Source of the DNA: Candidatus Eiseniibacteriota bacterium
GTDB lineage: Bacteria > Eisenbacteria > RBG-16-71-46
DNA: 64,000 nucleotides
NCBI GenBank assembly: GCA_963776245.1
Contig: CAVZLN010000003.1
Location: 192,001-256,000, forward strand
Reading direction: 5' to 3'
Shown: in pieces, positions 32,541-42,779 of the stretch
How positions within the stretch are numbered: position 1 is the first letter of the stretch
How the letters are laid out: each line of letters starts with the position of its first letter
The notes under the pieces: generated by a model
What the model was told of the DNA's origin: nothing
Database searches by the model: none
Seen by the model: the letters and a program-made list of their open reading frames with translations, nothing else
Position numbers and translations under genes: made by a program

Positions 32541-33777
32541 TCAGGCGAGCACGCGGGCGATGCGCTCGTACGCCCAGTCCAGATCCTTGTTCTCGATGAC
32601 GAGCGGCGGCGCGATCCGCAGCACGCTCTCCACCGTGTCCTTGCACAGCACGCCTTCGTCCTTCAGCCGCTTCGCGTACTGCTTGGCCGGTCCGGCCTCG
32701 GGCTTCAGTTCGATGCCGATCAGCAGGCCCTTGCCGCGGACCTCCTTCACCTTGGACGACGGCATGGCACGCAACCGTTGCATGAACGCCTCACCGAGCG
32801 CCAGCGCGCGCTCCGGCAGCCGCTCGCGCACCAGCAACTCGAGCGCCTTGCGCGCCACCGCGCACCCCAGCGGATTGCCGCCGAACGTGCTGCCGTGGTC
32901 GCCGGGCTCGAACACGCCCAGCACCTCGCGCGAGGCCAGCACCGCGGAGACCGGCATCATGCCGCCGCCGAGCGCCTTGCCGAGGATGAGCACGTCGGGC
33001 TTCACGCCCTCGTGGTCGCACGCGAACATGCGGCCGGTGCGGCCGAGCCCGGTCTGGATCTCGTCGGCGATGAACAGCACGCGGTGCTTCGCGCACAGCT
33101 CGTGCGCCCGCGCGCAGGTACCCGGCCGGGGGCACGACGATGCCGCCCTCGCCCTGGATGGGCTCGACCAGGAAGCCCACGGTGTTCGGCCCGATGGCCC
33201 GCTCGAGCGCCGCGAGGTCGCCGTACGGCACCAGCCGGAAGCCGGGCGTGAACGGCCCGAAGCCGTCGCGGTACTGCGGGTCGTCCGAGAACGAGACGAT
33301 GGTGACCGTGCGCCCGTGGAAGTTGCCGAGGCAGCAGATGATCTCGGCCTGGCCGTCGGGCACGCCCTTGATCTTGTAGCCCCACTTGCGCGCGGTCTTG
33401 ATCGCGGTCTCGACGCCCTCGGCGCCGGTGTTCATGGGCAGCACCAGGTCCTGCCCGCACAGCGCGGTGATCTCCTGGCAGAACGGTCCGAACTGGTCGT
33501 TCTGGAACGCGCGCGAGGTCAGGGTGAGGCGCTTCGCCTGCTCGACGAACACCGCGACCAGCTCGGGGTGGCCGTGGCCGAAGTTGAGCGCCGAGTAGGC
33601 GCTCAGCATGTCGAGGTAGCGGTGCCCCTCGACGTCCTCGACCCAGGCGCCCCGCCCGCTCGAGATGACGACGGGCAGCGGCGCGTAGTTGCGCGCGCTG
33701 AAGCGGTCGATGAGTTCGTTGTGGCGCTGCGTCGCGAGCCCGGTCTCGGGGCTGGCCGCGGTGGGATCGGGATGCAT
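32541..33777 (-). CDS. rocD: ornithine--oxo-acid aminotransferase, frameshifted near 33110
   Basis: [43 protein letters not shown]; second frame [30 protein letters not shown]. Confidence 0.9.
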
Positions 33778-33792
33778 GGTCGTCCTCCTGGC

Positions 33793-35140
33793 CTAACGCG
33801 TGTGAGCCGGCGCGCGGCCGACGGCGCGGGCGATCGCGGCCGGCAGCACCGTGCGGTCGTGTTCCTCGAGCTCGTAGATCACGCGCGTCGAGGGCTTGCC
33901 GATCGCGAGCACGTGACCGAGGTCGATGGGCGTGGCGACCAGCACCAGGTCGCACGGCACCGCGTCGATGGTCTCCTTCAGTTCGGCGATCTGCTTGTCG
34001 CCGTAGCCCATCGCCGGCAGCACCTGGGTGACGTGCGGGTACTTCTCGAACGTGGCCTTGATCGAGCCGCGCGCGTACGGCCGCGGGTCCACGATCTCGG
34101 CCGCGCCGAGCCGCTGCGCCGCCACCAGGCCGGCGCCGTAGCGCATCTCGCCGTGCGTGAGCGTGGGGCCGTCCTCGATCACCAGCACGCGCTTGCCCTT
34201 CACCGCGCCGGGGTCCTTGACGGTGACCGGCGAGTCGGCGCGCAGCACGATGGCGCGCGGGTTGAGCGCGCGCACGCTGCGCTCGACCTGCTCGACGTTC
34301 GCGGGCTCGGCGGTGTCCACCTTGTTGAGGATGACGATGTCCGCCATGCGCACGTTGATCTCGCCGGGGTAGTAGCGCTGCTCGTGCCCGGGGCGGTGCG
34401 GATCGGCGACCACGATGTTGAGGTTCGGCCGGAAGAACGGCGTGTCGTTGTTGCCGCCGTCCCACAGCACCACGTCGGCCTCGGCCTCGGCGGCGCGCAG
34501 GATGCGCTCGTAGTCCACGCCGGCGAACACCACGTTGCCCATCGCGGTGTGCGGCTCGTACTCCTCGCGCTCCTCGATGGTGCACAACTGGTCGTCCATG
34601 TCCTGCACCGAGGCGAAGCGCTGGACCGCCTGCTTCGCGAGGTCGCCGTAGGGCATCGGGTGGCGCACCACCGCGGTCTTGAGGCCCATCTCGCGCAGGA
34701 TCTGCGTGACGCGGCGCGAGGTCTGGCTCTTGCCGCACCCGGTGCGCACCGCGCCCACCGCGATCACCGGCTTGACGCTCTCGAGCATGGTCTGCGCCGG
34801 GCCGAGCAGCACGAACTCGCAGCCCGCGGCGTTGACGCGCGAGGCGGCGTGCATGACGTGGTCGTACGACACGTCGGAGTAGGCGAACGTGACCACGTTC
34901 GCGCGCAGCTCGCGGATCAGGTCCTCGAGCCGCTCCTCGGGGTGGATCGGGATGCCGTTCGGGTACTGGGGGCCGGCGAGCACGGGTGGGTAGACGCGCC
35001 CGGCGATGTCGGGGATCTGGTTGGCGGTGAAGGCGACCACCTCGACGTCCGGGCTGGTGCTTCCACCACACGTTGAAGTTGTGGAAGTCACGTCCCGCGG
35101 CACCCATGATGATCACGCGCTGCTGTCTCGGCTCGGTCAT
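33793..35140 (-). CDS. cDPG-synthetase-like P-loop ligase, putative arginine synthetase (frameshift near 35050)
   Basis: IMGAAGRDFHNFN; AVRTGCGKSQT, RHPMPYGDL, TIEEREEYEPH, WDGGNND, EDGPTLTHG, LPAMGY; adjacent to rocD and argF. Confidence 0.75.
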
Positions 35141-35448
35141 CGGACACGTCCTTCGAGCGATCCCAGTGGCTCGTCGGTCTCTCATCGGCCGGGCACCCGC
35201 GGCGCACTCCGCCTTCCCCGGAGGGCTCGCGACCCGACAGCCGGCTGACTGATCGAGGCATGAGGTCCATTACTTTGACTGGCCGGAGGCATGCCGCGCA
35301 ACCGCCCATCCCCGGCGCCGCGCAAGTCCTTGCTCGGCAAAGGCGGCTCCCGGGCGGGCGCCTGACAGCCCCGGCGCGCCCGCCCACGGCGCCTGACAGG
35401 GAGTCAGGGGGGGGACGGCGGCACTCCGAGCTCGAGCGGGCCGCGCGG

Positions 35449-37275
35449 TCAGCGTTGCGTGCCGCCCGCCGCGCTGTCGGGCCGCGCCGCCGCGCCAGCG
35501 GCCGCCATCTCCCGCTCGAGCGCGCCCAGCCAGTCGCGTCCGTGGGGCGCGCGGTCGGCGAGCGCGCGCAGGCGACCCAGCGCCTCGAGCGCGCCGGCGC
35601 GGTCCCCGCGGTCGAGCGCCACGCGGCCCAGCCGGTACCAGCCCTCGACATGGTCGGGCTGGCGCGTCAGCATCTCGCGGAACGCGCGCTCGGCGCTCGG
35701 CAGATCCCCCGCCAGGCGGGCCGCGAGCCCCCACTTGAGCAGGGACGCGGGCGAGGGCACGCCGCGCGCCGCGAGCCCGTAGGCGACGGCGCATCGTCGC
35801 CAGTCCTTCATGAGTGCGTAGCGGTCCCCGACATACGCGAGGAAGCGCGCGCGCTCGACCTCGTCGCGCCTCGGCGCCTCCTGGACGAAGCGCACCGCAC
35901 GCGTGAGCGAGCGCTCGACGTCGGCGTTCAGCGCCAGCCATTGCACTGTGGCCGACAGGCAGGCGAGCGCCGCGGGCACCGCGAGCCAGCCCGCGCGCGG
36001 CCGCGCCGCGAGCGCGTGGCGCACCACGATCGCGGCGAGCAGCACGACGGCCATGCCGACGGGCGCGGTGACGTCGAGGTCGCGCGCCAGGCCCTGCCGC
36101 GGATGGAGCAGCGGCAGCGCGACGAAAAGCGGGGCCGCGACCAGCGCGGTGGCCCACAGCGCCCGGTCCCGCGCCAGCGCCCGCCCGCCCGCCAGCGCGG
36201 CCACCAGCGCGAGCGGCAGCAGCGGGGCGAAGAACACCAGCAGGTTGGCCATGTCGAGCGCGCGCACGCCGGCGAACGAAGCCGCCAGCAGCCCGCCCTG
36301 CACGCGCTGCGCGGAGCTGTCGAGGTGATACTCGAGGTCGTAGTCGCGGATGATGCGCACCACCATCGGCAGCGCCCACATCGCGAGCGCCGCGCCGCCG
36401 ACGAGCGGCAGCCATACCCGCGGGCGGCGCGCCTCGCCGGGCGCGAGCGCGCGGGCCGAGAGCAGCAGGATCACCAGTCCGGCGGGGAGCAGCAGTACGG
36501 TGAAGCGGTGCAAGGCGAGCCCGGCGCCGAGCGCGAGCGCCAGCTCCATCGCCGGCCGGTGGCGCACCAGCACGCGCGCGGCGGCGACCGCGGAGAACAC
36601 CGTGAGCATGCACAGCTCGCCCGCGCACTTGCCGAAGCCGGTGAACAGGGTGAGCGCGCCGCCGGCCACGGTGGCGATCACGACCAGCGCCGCCTCGCTG
36701 CCGGATAGCGCGAGCGCGCGCACCAGCGCCACCGCGAGCGCGCCGAGCAGCGCCGCCTCGAGCGCGCCGAGCAGGCGCAGCGTGAGGCGCGGGTCCACGT
36801 GCGCCCGCCGGTCGAGCGCGCGCGGCAGCTCGACGTGGAGCGCCAGGTCGAGCGGCAGGGTCTCGGGGTAGTCGGCGAGGAACGAGGTCCCGCGCGCGAT
36901 CGCCTCATTGCGTTGCACGAAGTCGCCGGTGAAGAACGCGCGATCGGGGAAGGCCAGCACGAGCGCGGCGGTGAGCAGCGCCGCGCCCAGCGGAGCCCGC
37001 GCGCCACCGGCGACCAGGCCGTCGCCGAGCCGCGCCATCGCCGGCCGCAGGCGCCGGCCGACGGTCGGCCACAGCGCGAGCGCCGCGAGCGCCCATGGCA
37101 ACCACGCCGCCAGCGGCGGCAGGAAGCGCATCGCATCGAGGCCCCACAGCCACATGCCGGAGGCCGCAGCGAGCGCGGCGCGCAGGCCCAGCAGCGCGGC
37201 GAGCACCAGGCCGAGGACCAGCGGCGACGCTCCGGCCACAGTGGTGACGCGCGCGTCCGTGTGCTCGTCGTGCAT
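35449..37275 (-). CDS. polytopic membrane protein with C-terminal TPR (possibly GT-C fold)
   Basis: Many hydrophobic segments followed by TPR helices; GAGGAAGGAG RBS. Confidence 0.65.
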   Translation of the reverse strand: MHDEHTDARVTTVAGASPLVLGLVLAALLGLRAALAAASGMWLWGLDAMRFLPPLAAWLPWALAALALWPTVGRRLRPAMARLGDGLVAGGARAPLGAALLTAALVLAFPDRAFFTGDFVQRNEAIARGTSFLADYPETLPLDLALHVELPRALDRRAHVDPRLTLRLLGALEAALLGALAVALVRALALSGSEAALVVIATVAGGALTLFTGFGKCAGELCMLTVFSAVAAARVLVRHRPAMELALALGAGLALHRFTVLLLPAGLVILLLSARALAPGEARRPRVWLPLVGGAALAMWALPMVVRIIRDYDLEYHLDSSAQRVQGGLLAASFAGVRALDMANLLVFFAPLLPLALVAALAGGRALARDRALWATALVAAPLFVALPLLHPRQGLARDLDVTAPVGMAVVLLAAIVVRHALAARPRAGWLAVPAALACLSATVQWLALNADVERSLTRAVRFVQEAPRRDEVERARFLAYVGDRYALMKDWRRCAVAYGLAARGVPSPASLLKWGLAARLAGDLPSAERAFREMLTRQPDHVEGWYRLGRVALDRGDRAGALEALGRLRALADRAPHGRDWLGALEREMAAAGAAARPDSAAGGTQR

Positions 37276-37410
37276 GGGCTCCTTCCTCGGTCGTGGCGCG
37301 CGTCCCCGCGGGCGCGCGAGGAAGCGGCGCGCCCGCGCAGGTTATCGGAGCGCGGTGGGCATGGCTACACGTAGTCCGTTCGGGTGTCCACGCGCGCCTC
37401 GCGGCCCTGC

Positions 37411-38271
37411 CTACGCTGTCGCGCGCCTCCGCGTCCCGCGCATCCGCCGCCACGCCGCGAGCAGCACGCCGTGCCCGAGCAGCAGCGCGGTGAGCGTCAC
37501 CAGGATGCTCGGCGCCGCGGGCAGGTCGAACTGCACCGATCCGAGCAGGCCCAGCACGCTGGCCACGAAGCCGAACGACCAGCCGATCGCCAGCGCCACG
37601 CCGGTGCGGCGGGTCGCCATCACGCCCGGCCACCGCGGGGATCACCAGCAGGCCGAACACCAGCAGCACGCCCGCGATCTGCACCGCCGAGGTCACCACG
37701 CAGCCGAAGGTGGCGTAGAAGAGGAAGTCCCACAGGAACAGCCGGCGGCCGCGCGCGGCCGCGGCCTGCGGGTCGTTGGTGATCTCGAGGAACGGCCGGC
37801 GCAGCAGCACGTGGACGCACGCCGATCACCGCGTAGAGCCCGGTGATGCGCAGCACCGTGCTGCGGGTCCACCGTGAACAGCGAGCCCACCAGCGTCTCC
37901 TTGAGGTGCTCGGCGCCCGAGGGCGTCTTCTCGAGCAGCAGGAACACCGCCGCCTGCGCGGTGGCGAACACGATGCCGATGAACGCCTCGAGCGGCACGC
38001 TGCGCGCCGCGGCCGCGCAGCCACGCGAACAGCGCCGCGCCGACGAACGTCATGCCGAGCGCCAGCAGCTAGGCGGCGACGCCCTCGTGCTCGAGCCCGA
38101 GCACCAGGCCGAGCGCGACGCCGAGCGCCGCCATCTGGGCGAGCGCGAGGTCCACGAACAGCACGCCGCGGCGCACGATGTGGAAGCCGAGGTAGGCGTG
38201 GATGCCGGCCAGCACCAGCGATCGCGACGGCGGCGGTGCGGAAGAACGGGAGCGACGAGGGCGTCGATCAT
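37411..38271 (-). CDS. metal ABC transporter permease (ZnuB/MntB-like), interrupted
   Basis: GIHAYLGFHIVRRGVLFVDLALAQ; EAFIGIVFA; LWDFLFYATFGCVVTSAVQIAGVLLVFGLLVIPA; in several frames plus one in-frame TAG. Confidence 0.82.
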
Positions 38272-38282
38272 CGGCGGCCTCC

Positions 38283-39186
38283 TCAGCGACCGCCCGCCAG
38301 CAGGCGGAGCACGTCGTGGATGTGGGCGAGGTAGCTGCCCGCCGCCGGCTCGTCGCACGAGGGCGCGGCGACCACCGGCCGCACGCCCGCCTCGCGGCCG
38401 AGGAACTGCCCGGCGTCGGCCGAGAAGTACGGCTCCTGGAGCAGCAGCTGCGACCTTGCGCGCGCCTTCGCGATCTGCACCAGCTCGGCGAGGTGCTTCG
38501 CGGTCGGCGGGATGCCGGGCACCGGTTCGACCGTGCCGGCGATCTCGAGCCCGAACGCGTTCGCGAGGTAGGGCCACGAGCGGTGGTAGGTGAGGATCAC
38601 CTTCGACGGGCAGGCGCGGCCGCGAGCTGGCGGCCGCTGCTCGCCACGCCGCCGTCGCCTCGCTGGCGAACGCCTCGGCGCGCGCGCGGTAGTCGGCGGC
38701 GTGCGCGGCGTCGACGCGCGCCAGCGCCTCGGCGATGTTGCGCGCCACCACGCGCGCCGTTGCGCGGATCGAGCCAGTAGTGCGGATTGCCGTCGGGGTG
38801 CACGTCGCCCATCGGGCGCGTCCACCTTGCCCGTCGGCTTCTCGAGCACGTCCACGCCCTGCGAGCAGTCCACGATCATCAGCTTGTCGTTGCGCGAGCC
38901 GTCGATGATGCCGTCGGCCCACTGGTCGAGCGCCGAGCCCGATCTTCAGGTACACCTGCGCGCGCGCCACCTTGACCATGTACGAGGGCAGCACCTCGAC
39001 GCGGTGCGGGTCCGCGGTCGGGCGCGCGATGGCGAACACCTCGACCTGCGTCGCCGCCGACGCTGGCGGCGATCGAGGCGAGGTCGTTGGTGGACGCGGC
39101 CACGCGCATCTTGGCGAGCGCGGCGGCCGGGAGCAGGAGCAGCGCGCCGCAGCAGCGCGGCGACGCAGAGCGGATCGGATCGTCAC
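38283..39186 (-). CDS. metal ABC transporter substrate-binding protein (ZnuA/TroA-like), frameshifted
   Basis: VAASTNDLASIA, DPHRVE, GDVHPDGNPHYWLDP, TYHRSWPY, EPVPGIPPTAKH. Confidence 0.85.
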
Positions 39187-39196
39187 GAGGTGCCTC

Positions 39197-40363
39197 CTAG
39201 AACTGGTGGGCCTTGTGCGGGCCCATCGAGTAGATGACGCGCAGCGTGAGCGTGTTGACGGCGGCGGGGTCGGGACCGGCCGCGACGGGCGCCCGGCAGG
39301 TGACTGCTCGCAGTCGAGCGCGGAACACGGTGGTCTCCTCCATCAGCGCGAGGCCGGCGAACACGCGCAGCGCCTGGTCCCAGGCGCCGGTCCGCGTCGG
39401 GCTGCTGGTAGCGCTCGTAGCCGAGCGCCGGCGTCGTAGCGCGCGTCCCACGTTGTAGTCGGCGAACAGGTAGCCGCCGAGCGGCCTCGACGCGCGCCGT
39501 GGTGTAGGCCGCGGTCGACGCTGTCCCAGCCGGCGTCGTCGCGGTCGAGCGCGCAGCAGCTCGCCCTGCACGCAGCAGGTACGACGCGCGGCCCGTTCCA
39601 GAGCTTGGCCTTGAGCGTCGGCGCCCAGCACGGTGGTGCGCGCGGCGGCCGCGACGTTGTTGGTGCCCTGGGTGCCCGAGAGCCCCAGCTCGAGCCCCGA
39701 GCGATCGCCGATCGGGCACGAACGCCGCGAGCCGGCCGAGCGCCGCGGCGCGCGGCTCGGCGGCCCGGTCGCCGCCCGCCGGATCCCGCAGCCAGCGGAT
39801 CGTTCGGCCGCGACCGTCGCGCGCGCGCGCGATGCGGAACGAGTCGCCCTGCAGCCAGTCCGCGCGACGCGGTGAGCGCGATGTCGCCCGGCAGCGCGAG
39901 GCGCTCGGAGAGGCTGCACGCCCGGTCTCGTTGAACGCCTCCTCGCCGGGCAGGTACGCCGCCAGCACGCGGAAGCGCTCGGCGAACGGGTAGGTGTGCG
40001 GGTGGGCCGGATTGAGCTTGCCGAAGCCCACGCGGTACTTGCCGCCCTTGAGCGCGAGGCCCGCCGGGCAGGCCGCGCGTCAGGTCGAAGTACCCTTCCT
40101 CGAGCGCCGCGCCGCCGGTGCCGAGCGAGGCCACGAACGCCCCGCGGGCGTACGGGTTGAGCTAGGCGTCGAACACGAACTCGGTCTCGCCGGCCGTCGA
40201 GCGTGACGCGCTTGCGCGCGGGGTCGCCGGGGGCGTCGGTCCAGCGCGCGAGCGGCTGACCGATCACCGAGATGTCGGGATTGACCACGCCGGCGCTCGC
40301 GCCCGAGGCGAGCGCGGCCGCGAGCGCGGACGTGGCGATGAGGAACAGCGATCGTCGCAGCAT
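39197..40363 (-). CDS. outer-membrane beta-barrel/porin-like metal-uptake protein, interrupted
   Basis: Signal peptide, NPDISVIG, EEGY, FGKLNPAHPHTYPF, C-terminal MGPHKAHQF; in several frames. Confidence 0.7.
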   Translation of the reverse strand: MLRRSLFLIATSALAAALASGASAGVVNPDISVIGQPLARWTDAPGDPARKRVTLDGRRDRVRVRRLAQPVRPRGVRGLARHRRRGARGRVLRPDARPARRASRSRAASTAWASASSIRPTRTPTRSPSASACWRRTCPARRRSTRPGVQPLRAPRAAGRHRAHRVARTGCRATRSASRARATVAAERSAGCGIRRAATGPPSRAPRRSAGSRRSCPIGDRSGLELGLSGTQGTNNVAAAARTTVLGADAQGQALERAARRTCCVQGELLRARPRRRRLGQRRPRPTPRRASRPLGGYLFADYNVGRALRRRRSATSATSSPTRTGAWDQALRVFAGLALMEETTVFRARLRAVTCRAPVAAGPDPAAVNTLTLRVIYSMGPHKAHQF

Positions 40364-40477
40364 GGAGGCTGCCTCCGTCGGACACGGACGAATGGTCCTC
40401 GCGCGCCGCGCCGGGCGCGGCGCGCGAGAAGATGAACGCGAGTGGGAGCCGCGGCGAGAGCGCACGCCGCGGGGCGT

Positions 40478-40774
40478 TCAGCCGCGCGGAGGGGCGCGGG
40501 CCGCGCCGGCCGAGCGCGCCGGGGTCACCGGTGCGAGCGTGGCGAACGCGAACAACCCGGCGGGGACCAGCGGCGCCGGCGGGCCGATGGTGACGGCGTG
40601 GGCGGCGACCGCGGCGCCGTGGAGGCCGGCGCACGTGACGCACGGGTGGGAGCCGGCACCCGGCCGCGCGTCGCACGACGGATCGGCGAGATGGTGCCAC
40701 GCGTGCGCCGCACCGCCGAGCACCAGCACGGCGGCGAGGAACAGCCCGGGCAGTCGGCGGAGAAGGGCGCGCAT
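40478..40774 (-). CDS. DUF2946/CruR/CutF-like leader peptide (signal peptide, HAWHH, CxxC, C-terminal RAPP)
   Basis: MRALLRRLPGLFLAAVLVLGGAAHAWHHLADPSC...HPCVTC...ARAPPRG*; about 115 nt upstream of the metal-uptake operon. Confidence 0.72.
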   Translation of the reverse strand: MRALLRRLPGLFLAAVLVLGGAAHAWHHLADPSCDARPGAGSHPCVTCAGLHGAAVAAHAVTIGPPAPLVPAGLFAFATLAPVTPARSAGAARAPPRG

Positions 40775-40877
40775 CGGATTCCTAGGATGCGGCCCCGGAT
40801 GGATGGTCGCAAGGAACCTTTCGCGCGAAGCCTCTCGCCGGGGGTCCGGGGAGCGCGCCTGATAGCCATTCAGGCGT

Positions 40878-40952
40878 GGCGCTGGACGAGGGCGGACCCG
40901 GAGGGGTGCGTGTGGGTATTGCACCCCGGAGGGTCTGCCCTTGTCCAGCGCC
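40878..40952 (+). repeat. long imperfect inverted repeat / RNA hairpin
   Basis: 32-nt arms GGCGCTGGACGAGGGCGGACCC-GGA-GGGGTGC and GCACCCC-GGA-GGGTCTGCCCTTGTCCAGCGCC; two G-U pairs and a 3x3 internal loop. Confidence 0.85.
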
Positions 40953-41167
40953 CTCCGCACAAGAGACACGCGCGCCATGCGTCCGCTTGGCGCCCTCCGG
41001 AGCGCCCTGCTAGGATGCGCTCACCCCCCACGGAGGTGACGTGTACCGCCGTGGCTACCCACACGCAGGCGCCATCGCCGCCGGTGACCTGTCGGCCGAG
41101 AGGCCCCGCTGCGCCGCCGGATCATCGGCGTGCGCCGGGACTCGCGCATCCCATTCCTCGTCTCCCC

Positions 41168-42295
41168 ATGTCCGCCGCTGACACGAGCGCCCGCTCGGTG
41201 ATCGAGCGCGGCGACCTCGACCGGCTCCTGCTCGCGTTGCGCGAGCGCGGCCACGAGGTCGTCGGACCGGTGAGGCGCGGCGACGCGATCGTGCTCGACA
41301 CCATCGCCTCCGCCGCGGACCTGCCCGCGGGCTGGACCGACGAGCAGGAGGCCGGCCACTACCGGCTGAAGCGCCGCGACGACGACGCGCTGTTCGGCTA
41401 CAACGTCGGTCCCTCGTCGTGGAAGCGGTTCCTGTTCCCGCCGGAACTGCGTCTGTGGCAGGCCCGGCGCACCGCGAACGGCTTCGAGCTGCTGGAGAGC
41501 GCGGCGCCGGCGCCGCGCTACGCGTTCGTCGGGGTCCGGGCGTGCGAACTGGCCGCGCTGGCCGTGCACGACCGCGTGCTCACTGGCGGCCCGTACGCCG
41601 ACCCGGAGTATCGCGCGCGGCGCGCGCAGGCGTTCATCGTCGCGGTGCCGTGCGCGAGGGCCGGCGGCACGTGCTTCTGCGCGTCGATGGGCACCGGGCC
41701 CGAGGTGCGCTCGGGCTTCGACCTGTCGCTCACCGAGATCCTCGCGGACGGGCGCCACGCTTTCCTCGTCGAGGCGGGCTCGGAGCGCGGCACCGGATTG
41801 CTCGCGGACGTGCCCCACCGCCCCGCGTCCGAGGCCGACCTCGCGGACGCCGCGAAGGCGGTCGAGGGGGCGCAGGCGATGGGCCGGACGCTCGACCCCC
41901 GGGGGCTCGCCCCGCTGCTCGCCGGTCAGCACGAGCACGCGCGCTGGTCGAAGGTCGCGGAGCGCTGCCTGACGTGCGGCAACTGCGCGCTCTCCTGCCC
42001 GACCTGCTTCTGTCACACGGTGGAGGACGTCGCCGATCTCGGCGGCGCGACCGCGGAGCGCGTGCGGCGCTGGGACTCGTGCTTCGGGCTGGAGTTCTCG
42101 TACATCCACGGCGGCAGCGTGCGGCCCTCTGCGCGTTCGCGTTATCGCCAATGGCTCACCCACAAGCTCTCGAGCTGGCACGATCAGTTCGGCTCCTCGG
42201 GATGCGTGGGATGCGGCCGGTGCATCACGTGGTGCCCGGCCAAGATCGATATCACCGACGAGGTCCGCGCGATCCGTGAGACGGCGCGCGCGTGA
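41168..42295 (+). CDS. group 3b [NiFe]-hydrogenase Fe-S subunit (HydB/AsrA-like)
   Basis: GVRACEL, TCFCASMG, CLTCGNCALSCPTCFC, RWDSC, CVGCGRCITWCP. Confidence 0.88.
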   Translation: MSAADTSARSVIERGDLDRLLLALRERGHEVVGPVRRGDAIVLDTIASAADLPAGWTDEQEAGHYRLKRRDDDALFGYNVGPSSWKRFLFPPELRLWQARRTANGFELLESAAPAPRYAFVGVRACELAALAVHDRVLTGGPYADPEYRARRAQAFIVAVPCARAGGTCFCASMGTGPEVRSGFDLSLTEILADGRHAFLVEAGSERGTGLLADVPHRPASEADLADAAKAVEGAQAMGRTLDPRGLAPLLAGQHEHARWSKVAERCLTCGNCALSCPTCFCHTVEDVADLGGATAERVRRWDSCFGLEFSYIHGGSVRPSARSRYRQWLTHKLSSWHDQFGSSGCVGCGRCITWCPAKIDITDEVRAIRETARA

Positions 42296-42305
42296 GGAGG
42301 CCGAC

Positions 42306-42779
42306 GTGCACTCACTCGAACCGATCCTGACCGAGGCCCCGTTCTTCCAGGGCATGACGCACGAGCACCTGGCGCTGCTCTCGGGCTGCGCCTCCAACGT
42401 GCGCTACGAGCCGGACGAGTTCCCGGGCCGCGCCGGCGATCCGGCCGATCACTTCTGGGTGATCCGCAAGGGCTGCATGGCGCTCGAGATCCACGCCCCC
42501 GGTCGCGGCACGATCTCGGTCGGCACCATGGGCGAGGGCGATGTCGCCGGCTTCTCCTGGCTGCTGCCCCCGTACCAGTTGCGGTTCGACATCCACGTGC
42601 TCGCCGCCACCCGGGCGATCGTGTTCGACGGGCGCTGCCTGCGCGGCAAGTGCGCCACCGACCCCGCGTTCGGCTACGAGCTGCTCGGCCGCTTCGCGCG
42701 GCTGATGGCCCAGCGCATGGAGGCGATGAGCCTGCAGCTGCTGGACGTGTACGGCGACCACTATGCCGACCACGACTGA
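42306..42779 (+). CDS. cyclic-nucleotide-binding domain protein
   Basis: PFFQGM, GDPADHFWVIRKG, GDVAGFSWLLPPY; no HTH; GAGGAGG RBS. Confidence 0.8.
   Translation: MHSLEPILTEAPFFQGMTHEHLALLSGCASNVRYEPDEFPGRAGDPADHFWVIRKGCMALEIHAPGRGTISVGTMGEGDVAGFSWLLPPYQLRFDIHVLAATRAIVFDGRCLRGKCATDPAFGYELLGRFARLMAQRMEAMSLQLLDVYGDHYADHD

Noticed and set aside
32541..35140. Programmed frameshifting in rocD or the ligase
   Set aside because: No clear slippery sites, and many neighbouring genes show the same kind of lesion.
35141..35290. Riboswitch in the leader of the arginine operon
   Set aside because: Some stems are possible but I recognise no aptamer consensus, and such stems are expected at this GC content.
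37342..37369. Second sigma28-like promoter (TCCGATAA) upstream of the 37275 gene
   Set aside because: The -35 position reads TGTAG, too weak to call.
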